Of a DNA stretch of 64,000 bases, positions 29,201-41,200 are shown one piece after another (position 1 is the first letter of the stretch; each line of letters starts with the position of its first letter). Under the pieces are notes generated by a model. The model ran no database searches and was not told where the DNA came from. It was given only the letters and a program-made list of their open reading frames with translations. The position numbers and the translations under genes are program-made. This stretch comes from Phoronis australis (Eukaryota > Animalia > Phoronida): contig NMRA01000697.1 in NCBI GenBank assembly GCA_002633005.1, forward strand, positions 1-64,000, written 5' to 3'.

Positions 29201-32200
29201 AAATTGAAAAAGAAAACAATTTATAAACTACCTGTGTGCATATGGTACAAACTTGATAAGAGTCTAAGGTGACTATTCACACCACCGCAGTGATTAAGAC
29301 TTAAAACAGCTCAACAATATACTGAGAGATAATTATACACACAAACCCCCAACAATTGCTTATAATGAAAAACACAATGTATTAGTCACTGATAAAATCA
29401 ATAGTCACCTGTGCTTTGTGCCACTCATTGCCACGGTTACCAGAAATTTTCCATAAGATGATTTGATCTCTCTCAATAATGTTAGCTCTGTAGACAGCCA
29501 ACTCTCCCATGCCATACTTCGCTGTCCACATGTGATAGTAGAACTGCAGGCAATGTTCTGTGGTTGTCTGGATGGCGGGCGACACTAAATTAGCTGACTG
29601 GAAATTCAAAGCCTGAGTGGCTTCGGCATATATATAACGTCCTGAAATGAAAACAACTACCATGTATATAGGTAAGAATTTTTAGTCTTCTTACATGCCA
29701 TATTTTGGTCTCATGGTTAGAAGGAAGTACCAGGTTCAAGACCCATCGAGAGAGGGTTTTTTTCAGACTTAACAATAGGTCACATGATGTGACCAATATA
29801 TGTCTTGTAAGAAGACCAATACCATAACAATGCACTGAATTGATTACCATGCATTTTGCAGACCAAATACTTTAAGAAAATACATTTTCCAAAAATAACC
29901 AGAGACATATTTCACTCAATGACCTGACATGGTGACAGAAAAGCTAAGTTTGAAAGTAACACAACACTAAACATGAAGTACGCTCTCAAAAAGAAGCAAA
30001 AAAAATTTGAAGTAACTGTAACCAGAAATGCACATCTGAGACTGACAAACAAATAACAGCAAATGAAAACAATGCCAGTTGAATAACACAACACATAATT
30101 ACAATGAATAAGCAATCATGCTGCGTTCAAAGAACAATGCCCGTCTCTTACCGCTGCTGTTGCTGTAAGTATGGTCAGTCTGAGGTCCAGTCCCAACAGA
30201 CAATGTTGGACCAGAGTTGACCACCCACGGGTACCGGGGAACGGCTCTGATCTTGTAACCACACGTTCCATTCTCAAAGTCACAATCGATGGAGAAACCT
30301 TGTAAAAAGACAGGAAATTACTTAATTATATATAAAAAGTACACTCGGCTATAGCTACCACGTTCATAAACCACGTGTTCGCGAATGTAATGAAGTGCTT
30401 TTAATAAAAACTAGTCATTGCAACTAACACATATTCTACCATATGGTATTTAAACTTAACAACCACTTTCACAAAATAGTTGAACGAACTGTGAGGCAAT
30501 AAAAACTTAAGATAGCATGAACATAACTATGACTGTAAGACCTGTGATAAAAAAAGCCCAAATGCCAAGGTGGGTATAAGAAAGAGCCAAACTGCCCACC
30601 CCCCCCTCCCATAACATGTGATTGCTTTGTGAAAATTCATTTCATTACAAGTTATGGCATAATAAATGTCAAAACACAAGATTATATGTAAAGAACAGCA
30701 TACAAAAAGTTAACGTAGGTCACAACACATGATATCCATATTTCTAGCAACACGTCTAACTCTGCATTTATTAAAACTGCATGTACTAAGTTACAATCCA
30801 GCAAAAAAACAACAAATTTAAAGGTATGCCTAAAAATCACACCTTACAAAAACTACATAGACATCTTTTAGACAAATGGTAAACAATCACCCATATTTAA
30901 AACCCAAGTACCAGACAATAATTGGCATAGGGCACCACCTACCGCAGTTGCTTTCATCACCCAAATCTGGACAGTCCACAAAACCATCACACAAAAATTC
31001 TTTCTTTATGCAGACAGTAGTGGTGGGGCATTTGAACTCAGTTACTGTATTACAACCTGAAACAAGCAAGTAGATACAACTTTCGTAGATATCAAGCTTT
31101 GGCTCTTTTTGACATAGCAGTAACTGTTGAACAAGTGAATTCTGTTTATCAAAGGAACATTCTCATCTTATTCATAACTTAAAATCAGATTATTCAACAG
31201 CTGCATAAAATGAACTTTTCTACAACAGAAGAAAGAGACAGCGTATAATTCCCTGAAATGATCATTCAGGACACTAATGAGTAAAAAAATGACAAAAAAG
31301 AGATTTAATTTGACTGGGTTGCCTCGCACTTTAAATTTCACCACTTTATATCAATCCCAGCAGTAACCCACAGCTAAAATGATAGAAAAGAATATTTTTA
31401 GAAACTATTTTATAAGTTAATTAGCTTATTACAACATTTTTAAGTTTTGGTCATAAATAGAACAAAATTAATGCTCCTTAAACAGTGCAAAAGTTCACCT
31501 GTCACTTCAAGATATACAATTACCTAAACTTTTCTTAAGTGTTTGAATAATGGAACTTTGTTAACATTGTCCCAAGGAAATAAAGGTGTCAGAGGTTACA
31601 TGACAAGAGATCTCCCTGAATCAATAAGCATCAATTCAAAGATAAACCTGTAGGTTTACATAGGATTAACCCCAGACTTGCAATTTGATATCTGACGGTG
31701 TCCTCAAAAGTAGATGATTTGATCTAGGATTTTAAAAACATGGATCTTATGCCACACACACAACAGAACTGTGCAAATAAAAAAATGTTGAGCTACTTCA
31801 GATGATTATAAACAAACATAAGTCAAATTATACGAAATAGTTTGCATAACATTGCTTTACGCCTTTGAACTCCTACTGAATACAATGACTGCCAGCTTTG
31901 AACTCGGGACTATAACATGAGGGGAAAGTGACAATGGACAAACACTGAAGTCATCTTATATTCCCCACAATATGAACACAAAATGTGGCCATGAAGGGGG
32001 GTTGGACTCTGTGGATCCACACTTATTACATCAGTTAATGCAATGGTGGGCTCATACTCACTGAATGGTGGACAACTGTTCAATGGCCTGATGTATATCT
32101 CATCTAATGCTATGTCGCTCACTTTACTACCACCTATCACAGCCTCAAACACAAGTTCAGACACTCCCCTGGGGAGAGTGACCTATAACAGAGATTTCCT

Positions 32201-35200
32201 GTATTACTGACTAATTATCCGGGCAGCATTGAGGGATATCATAACACAATAATTAAAATTGCCTTATATTAGAAGTAGAAACTATTTGAAAATACAGTAT
32301 TTACGAACTTTGTAACTAAATTAGATCATAAATTTATACCCATAACAAATAATATTTTTAATTGCCAATATACAAAATGGTGAATGTCTAATGATCTTTA
32401 CATAACTTTAACCACTAATGTATAATACACACCACAAAAAATCAAGGTAAATACAAGTTCAAGCTCTTAGTATTTCTAATTAAAGCACAGCTCTTACGAG
32501 AATCCGGAAACTTTTCATTAGTTTAACAAGTAATTACGTTTACTTTCAACACACATCCAAGACTGTCAACAAAAAACAAATATAAGTAGCCTACAGAGTG
32601 ATCAGCCATATTGAAATAGTTGAATAAGAGTCAAATCCTACAAACCTGTCCTCGAGTCCAAGCATGGTCTCCATTCCTTTTGAATAGTATCCAGTTCTTG
32701 ACGAGAGAAGTTTGGTTTAGACCAGAGTAAACCTGAGAAGACCATTGACAGCAAGTAGCACCACAGCCAAGATCAAACTAAATGACACTACTTATTTTGA
32801 TCTCAGAGCAATCTGCAAGAGCTTAAAAACTGAAAAGGCTTTTCTAAACACGGTATTTAGTAAATAAGTACTGCAATAGAATTTTGTAATCTTATTTAAA
32901 CAACCAATACTTTAACTTACAAAAATGTTTAAAGAAAATATGTGTGTAAGTAAACTATTAAAGGCAAAACCTTTATAAAAATGGATTGAGGTGCCAAAGG
33001 CAAGTTACATTCCACAAAAGATAGGCTCACTAACACTTGCTCTCATCAGCAGAACAATGTAACCTACGTAATGATCTTCAACAGTTTAGCTAGGGGTTAA
33101 AGATGTCTACTGCAAAAAGTCTTAATTTGCCATTGCAGAGACCACACAAAATATGAGATAGTGATTAAACCACAATCTATCACCTACAGAGTTAATTCCC
33201 ACTCACAATAGTTACATTGAGAGTCCCCACCCTAACCCCAGAAAGCATCAGTTACATTGAGAGTCCCCACGCTAGCCCCAGATAGCATTACTTACATTGA
33301 GAGTCCCCACCCTAGCCCCAGATAGCCTCACTTACATTGAGAGTCCCCACCCTAGCACCAGACATGTAATAGAAGAATATCAAGCAGTGGTCCTTCTCTA
33401 ATGGCCGCAGATGGAGCTGCAGTTGGCCTGTGTCCTTTTGTTGGGCATGCTCACTGCTGGCAAAGATGTAATATGCTGAAAGATAGACAAACAAAGCAGG
33501 ATAACACCAAAACAAGTCTGGATGCGAAACAATTTATTTATACCTGAGTATTACAATCCAAAGCTTTTTGTCTGTGGTAAAAATGCCTCAGAATCAACTC
33601 TCACCAAGTTTCAAAGGTAACTCTTTTCGTGAGTTATGGAAATGCAATGCAATTAACATTATTTTGCAAAGTTCTCTGACTACTCAAAAGACATAAATTG
33701 ACAGACTATAAAACTATGGTTGAACAACCTTTATATAAAATGAACATAAAAAACGCATCAAGTTATAAAGTTAACAACGGTTACTTGAAAACACATTGAA
33801 TAAACTTGAAACATTCAAAAACTCCCTTCTAACATTCGACCCAGATATCAACGTCAAATAACAAAATCCTTCAGCCAGATAACTGACTAACTGATTACCA
33901 AGTTTACATTAGAAAAAAAGTTTACACTAGAAAAAAGTTTGCATTAGAAAAAAAGTTTACACTAGAAATACTCACTGGCAGCTGATAAAGTAGTCTTATC
34001 AACATCTGGGCCAGTGTTGGCAGAAGGGGTTGGTCCCCTGTTTGGGAGCCAGTCTAACTGATCATTATTGGACTGTCTAAAGCCGCAAAGGTATGCATCG
34101 TCAAATGTACAACGGAAGACTGAAATAATAAATTCAACATCAATAACATTTGTAAACTTGGAAATGGAAATTTATTTAGAAAACAGAAATGTTAAGCTTT
34201 ACCTACTGCTTGAAGTAATGAAGATCAAGTGATTAATAATCACAACAATGATAAAAAATAAATTATTTTGCATTTGATTAAGTTATGTTGAGCAGCTATG
34301 ACTGCAGTAACTGAAATTAAAGTACAAACAACATTTATGATAACAACATCATGAATATGTTCACTAACGGTAAAATCCCAACAATTTAGGACACAATACA
34401 CCAGACAAGTGAGATTCATTTAATTTATAAAATACCAGCAGACAATGATTCCAGAAATTATGTTAAAAGCCTTAGAGAAACGAAAAAAAAAATATTTTGG
34501 CAACCCTTTACAAAATTAGTGAGATTAACTGCAGTTCAACTCACATATATCCCCAAAACAGCTGGACTCATCCGATCCATCTTCACAGTTTTTTATCCCA
34601 TTACATTTCACGGACATGGGGATACACACACGAGATGTAGAGCACTTGAACTGTCCTGATGGACAAGCTATAATACAAGCACAGAGTCTGTTTTATCTTT
34701 GATCAAACCAAAATATACAACACAATGTGAAGATGAGGACAATTTTCAAAAAATATATCCATGTTACGGGGAAACAGAAAGTCACTGCTGAAACAAAACA
34801 AGCACTCTAAAAGTAAACATCAGGAAATTTAGCAAAAACGTTACCACCATCACTAGCATGCGTCTGCGTCCTTTTAGCTCGTCCGTCCATTCCCAACCCA
34901 CACATTTTTGGCTGCAGAGCCGTTGTATTTGTCGCCGCGGTTTACAATAACACGAGACGCCATTGAAAATCCCACCACGCTATCCCAGATGCCTCGGCAA
35001 TGTTGACAATTTATGTTCCTCCGAAACATAAAGAGCAACTTCTGCTTTTCGAGGTGAACGTCGTCTGCAACGCCGCGGTAAGAAAGGAATTTGCCGCGGA
35101 AATTTTACATCAAATCCGATTTTTTTTACGCGGAAATATAATAAAATGCGCGGACAGAACATTTGAAAAAATGGAAATCCGCGTTTCCGCGGAAAATTCC

Positions 35201-38200
35201 AAGCCCTGACAACAAAAATATCATTGTTTTGTTTTCAATATTCTCTTTAACATTTAATGCGAACACTTGACGCCTGAACTTAATACTACAGTTTTCTTTC
35301 ACATGCATGCTCAATCGTGAAATGCCGTTCAGACGAGAATTTATATGCAACAGTTTTCAAGCGAATTCATTGCACTTGTTGGTGATCATTGTCGAAATTT
35401 AGAAATCTGTTTTGATTTTAACAATTTTTTCTATTTTATAATTATTCTTAAAACACGTTTAGATTCTCATAGCAACTAAACCTTAGACACGGTGATACAT
35501 ACAACTTCCTTGGTTACATCTCATTTACCTTGAGAACTACAGGAGCCTCGGGACAGCGTAACACCATCAATAGCAACCGATGTCTGCACCCGAGTTTGCA
35601 GGTTGGACGATCGAGCCGTGAAGGCAAAGCTCATGCTACCTACAGCAGGCGATATATCCACGTCAGCATAATGCCAATAGTCAGCGTTGTTCTGCATGTT
35701 GTCGATGGTTAAAACAGGTGAGGTCTGAGGCACCATGAAGAGATCTAGATAACTAGTGCTGTCACCACGCAGGTAATAATAGAACTGAAGACACTGAGGC
35801 TGGCTACTGGTGAACTCTGGAGACACGATGGAGATGGATGCACCCGTTGTGTATAGGTAATGACCACCTGTGCAACAGCAATCAATTGTTTCCTTTGGTT
35901 ATATTACATTGTGATAAATGTAGTCACTTGGATAAGACAATGAAACAAAAACATTTGACCCAAAAAGCTTAATTCACTCCATAGAGGTATGATTAAGGGT
36001 TGAATAAGCAGACCACAAGAATTACTCTGTTCAAATGGTGTTTGTAAAGAGCTGCGAGTATTTAACTAGCAAATTTTGAATAACAGCTCCATCCATTACT
36101 TCAGTCAAGATAACAGGATATAATATTATAACATTTTAACTGGACATGTCAAATTCAAAACACACTTTGATGAGTAAAAACTATGACAAACACACAAACT
36201 TACTTTGTAAACCCGTCGTGAAGTCATAGCTCGGACCATAGTTCTTTGTAGTTGCTCTGCCAGCCTTCCAGTACCACAGTTCACTATCAATGGTTTTGTT
36301 TTCATAACCACAGATGTAGACATCATCAAAATTACAGGAGACAGAGACCTTGCATACTCTCGCTCCCTCGTCACTTCGATCACCACAGTCATCACGACCA
36401 TTACACAATAAACTGTTCCTATACAAGCATATGCCATTGTTGCACTTGAACAAACACTTTGTTTTCTCCTTTACCCAATCGACAATGTAATCTACTCGTG
36501 TGAATATATCTGGTTTCATGAACCCACTGCAATTTACAGCACCCCAACTTGTGAGACCATACAGTGTCCAGTGGTTCTTTTTATTGAGACACTGCAATGG
36601 TCCGCCACTGTCCGCGGAGCAAGTACGAACAAACCCAGAGTCATACCCAGCACACAAGTTGGTATCGCGTACCAGGGCATCCCATGACGGGGAGCTGGCC
36701 TTGCACCTATCATAAGGGTAGATACGCATCTTGCCCTCTTTGAGAGTTTCCGGGAGGCGTGTCCTCTGAGGAGAGGTATATCCCCACCCGGTGGCATAGC
36801 ATATAGCAGAGAGGGGGGGATGGTCGCCAACCTTATCAGGAAGACATACCGGTCTGATGTAATCAGTTAAGTTGAGGGGATGACTTAACAAGAGCAGTGC
36901 AGCATCTATTCCATAATAGTACCCAACACCATCAGGGCGGTCAACATAGTTTGGATGATGGATGATTTCTCTGACACCACGCATTTGCAGGTGTGGCGTG
37001 TCCCCTGTTCTTTTGGTTGTACCCAGACGTATTTCAAGGATATCTGGCCTTTCCTTTACTCCCTGGTCAACACAGTGTGCAGCGGTCAGCACCCAATCTT
37101 GATTAATAAGAGATCCTCCACAGATGTGTTGGCCCTGACGAATTAATGAGATTTGCCAAGGCCACTTGCCAGGTGTTGCATCTTGCCCATTAATTATGTA
37201 TGGCACCATAACATTTGGAGACCGCAGTCCACAACTGCTCTCTCTGCACTGAACACCAACAACCTTCTGACTTGGGCAGCTTGAACTATCGACAAACCAT
37301 GAATACAGATTATCAAAGCTGAAGTTGATTGATGTGTTCAAGTGCAAAAATTGGGCAGAAGTGCTATCATCTAGCTTATACTGTTGTAAAGCTGTCCCAA
37401 GACCCTGTACTTTGCAGAGTCTGTTGTTAAGGTTACTGTTCCAGTCATCAGAGCAAATATTCAACCTTTCACCTTGGAATAGCACAGTAGTTCTGTATGT
37501 GGCGGGATCCGTCTGCACGCAGTCCCACTCATCAGAACCATCCATACAGTCATACTTGCCATCGCAATGAGCTGAGGCAGCAACACAACGGTGATTTGAG
37601 CACGTAAACGCACCAGACGGACACTGAGTGCAGTCCAACTCATCAGTGCCATTAACACAGTCTCGCTGACCATCGCACACCCATTGCCAGTTGATACATT
37701 TTGACTCTAGATGGCACTTTGTCTGTCCCTCCGGACACATACAGTTCAGTTCATCAGAATCGTCAACACAATGTGGCGTACCATCACACTGTTGATAGCG
37801 AGGAATACAAGAACCTGTGGAACACTGGAAATTGTACTCATCACAAGTGCAGGCACCTGGTCGCACTGTCAAATCATCAACAAGAACGTAGCTATTCACA
37901 CTAGACACCTTGGTCACCTCAAGCTGGATGAAGACAGACCCACCACTTAGTGAGATCTGGGCATACTTCCAGTATTCCGGTTTATTGGTATACTGTTTCA
38001 ATAGCACACTTTCAGCAACAGAACCATTGACATAGACACTGACATTAACAGCATTCGGTTTAGAGCCAAACAGATGGTAATAAAATCGGAAACAAGCATC
38101 TGTATGTGATGATATGACAGGAGACGTAAGTGTTGTAGAATCACCCAGTGACCCTTTACTTGGATTGACACTGACCACTTGACCAGCCCAGCTTAGTGTG

Positions 38201-41200
38201 GTGTGATCAAACTGGGGAATCACCTCCCATGAAAACTCACTGTTACTCTCAAATGTCCAACTGCAGGTTGTTCCATTTTCAAATGAACAGTCAGCTCCAA
38301 AATCTTGACAATCTTCTTCATCTTCACCATCAACACAGTCAAAGTGACCGTCACACTTCTTGCTCAAAGGAACACATTCTCGCTCCTTCTTACACAGAAA
38401 TTCACTGGAGGGGCAACCTAAAGATTATACAAGTCATATGGTAAATTTGTTATAATTTTTACATTCACTAACTCAAATGATGGCATAAAATTCTCCACGT
38501 CTTTGAACATGAAATGCAAACCATTCTCAGCTCCTTGACAACTATTGCAATCTTAAAAATTCTAACATTCAAAACATTTAAATTCTCTAAGTTATACACA
38601 TGACAATACAATATGTATGAACATTACAAAATGAAATGCGAAAGTGCGGTATGCGAACAAAAGCATTGAAATTACATCTCAACACAAGAAATTTTTTAAC
38701 AAACTGATTACACTCAGTATGATACTATTGTTCAGCAAAAAATCTTCAAAAAGACAGACTACACCTACCAAAGACAGAACACTGCTCCAGAAGAGATACA
38801 TCATCAATGGCTATGTCAGAATGTACACCATCACCACGATAGACTTCAAAAGACAGACTGTACACTCCTGCGAGCAACTGAATCTCAGCACGATTCCATC
38901 CTTTACCTATATGAAATAATGAGCATAGGAGTGTTGATGGTTTGTACCAACAAAAATATTGTGAAATTACAGACACATGTAGAATAACCAACAAATCAAA
39001 TCAAATTAATGAAAATTTGCTCAAGCAAAAAACATGAAAAGAAGTGAAGCATAAGAATTTACTACAAAATTGTTGATATGCCCAACAAGCAAAATGACAT
39101 GATAATAACTAACCAGAACACTTGTCATAATTTGTAGTCTGCATGTGTGGCAGATTGTCTCTTGCCTCTACAGTTTTATAATCCACATTCTCACTGTATT
39201 TACAATTGCATTATCACATATGACCCCATATCTCATCCCTGCTTTCCACTGTAACTAGTTTACTAATTTACTGTGAGAGCACATCTGCACCACATACCCT
39301 GATTTCCTTTGCGTGACCACAGCAGCTGAGATGTCTTAGATGTATCTTGCTTAAACAGATGAAGTGATGCGACATCCGCTCCATACATACTGTAGTAGAA
39401 GGCCAGACAATGTGAAGTAGTCATGTTGTACATTGGCAGGACCAGGACGGCAGACGATGTGGGATCAACACCACTGGCTTCTGCATATATGTAATGACCT
39501 GAAACAAGCAGCGACAAAATAAGAAGTTCCTTAAAGCTGTCATGAACAGTCTAGTGAGTCGTCAACTCCAATGTGGCTAGCACTGATATCAGCTTCCGAG
39601 AGAAAAACAACAACCTATGAATTTGAATTTATCGAATTCAGCCTTCTGTGTTCTTCCCTAGTCCAGTTATGCTTCAAGCCTGAAGATGGGATCATTTGAG
39701 CAACACTTTTTACCAGTATAATTTGTCTATTTCAAAATCGTTTTAGAAATAAAAAGTTGCCACAGGCAGTTGGATTAAGATTGGCACATTTGAACAGCAG
39801 AAACTAGTACAGAAAAAAATTGCAAAATATTTATCACCTCACTTATAAATACACAATGAATAGCAAAAGTACTGCCCCATGCATATTGTGTCCTTTACAT
39901 TTGTTTTCTTCACAGAGCACACCTAAGCAAACAGTATACTTCAAACACTCTCTATAGCCATGTTTTCTCCAGAGACCCAGAAAGCCACCTTGAGTAACTC
40001 AACCATCTGAATCATGGTGTAGTGCCTCACTCAAATACACAGCGTAAACATCTGGGGCACCAAGTTTCCCAACACAGTGAAAACCAAGACTGACGCCCGA
40101 CATGCTTATTAACAACTATCCTCCTTAAGTATGGGGCTACGTAGCTAAGTGGCAGATGAGGCTAATGCCAGCCGGGTTATTGCAAAACGTGCATTACACA
40201 TTTCAGGAGAATCCAGTTGGCACTGCATTTAGGGTATTACCAAAATGTTGACGTTCTTCTCTAGAACACTTTTACAAAAGCAGGTAATCAAGGACAATCA
40301 CCAACATTGATGCAGATAGTTTGACCTACTTGCTGCATGTAATGCCAAGACCATCCAAACATTCAATACCTGTTTTATTCTTGAATGTGTTGTCGTTGTC
40401 AGGTCCGGAGACTGATGTTGGTGTGTTACCCTGCCATATCACCCACTTGTACGCGTTGGTGCTATTGTAATAGTAACCACAGTCTCGCTCAAAGTCACAT
40501 GTGATGGAGAACCCACAATTCCTCTCATCACTCCAATCCGAGCATGAATACAGTTTATTGCACACTTTGTCATTGTCAATACATTGACCATTGTCACATT
40601 GGAACTTTCCAGCACAATTGGGTAGCCCTGTTGTAGATTCAGTATCCATAGCAGTAGACATTTCAGCAGATTTAGTTGTGCTTCCAACATCAGTAACTGT
40701 AGATGTTTCAGTACTGTCAGTTAAAGCGGTGCCAGTTATGACAATAGGGCCGACGGGTTTTGTAGTCTCTGTAGTAGTTACAGTTTCAAGTGCACTTGTT
40801 GATTTCATACTTGTTAACTCTATAGTAGACATGGGTTTGCTTGTAGTGATTCCTGATTCCATGGTTGCCGTGGATACTGTTTTGGATTCAGTTGTCATGG
40901 GCACTACAGAAGTAATTGACTCACTCATAGTCACAGTTTGCACAGATGCAGTTTTACTTGTAGTGCTTGGTGAATCTGATGTTGTATGTTCGGTGGTTTT
41001 TGATTCCGTTGCCATCGTTTCTCTTCCAGTAGTGGACACATGTGGTAACTCTGTGGTTGTTTTCAATTCAGCAGCAGTTGTTGCTGGCAGCACTGTGGTT
41101 ATTGGTGGCACAAATGTAGTTTGCGTAGAAGGAATCCCTAGAATTAACAAATGACCAATACAGCCATAAGAAATTGTGTAGCATTTGAAAAGTGTCCTGA

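Noticed and set aside
34850-35210. CpG-rich patch with repeated ccgcgg and a cagggcttgg-type end
   Set aside because: Probably a DNA-transposon fragment, but no matching second terminus or TSD was found.
36126-38444. Many short ORFs overlapping exon 10
   Set aside because: Alternative-frame or antisense shadows of the 738-codon exon.
40591-41154. 187-aa Val-rich plus-strand ORF that looks hydrophobic
   Set aside because: Antisense shadow of the Thr/Ser-rich exon.
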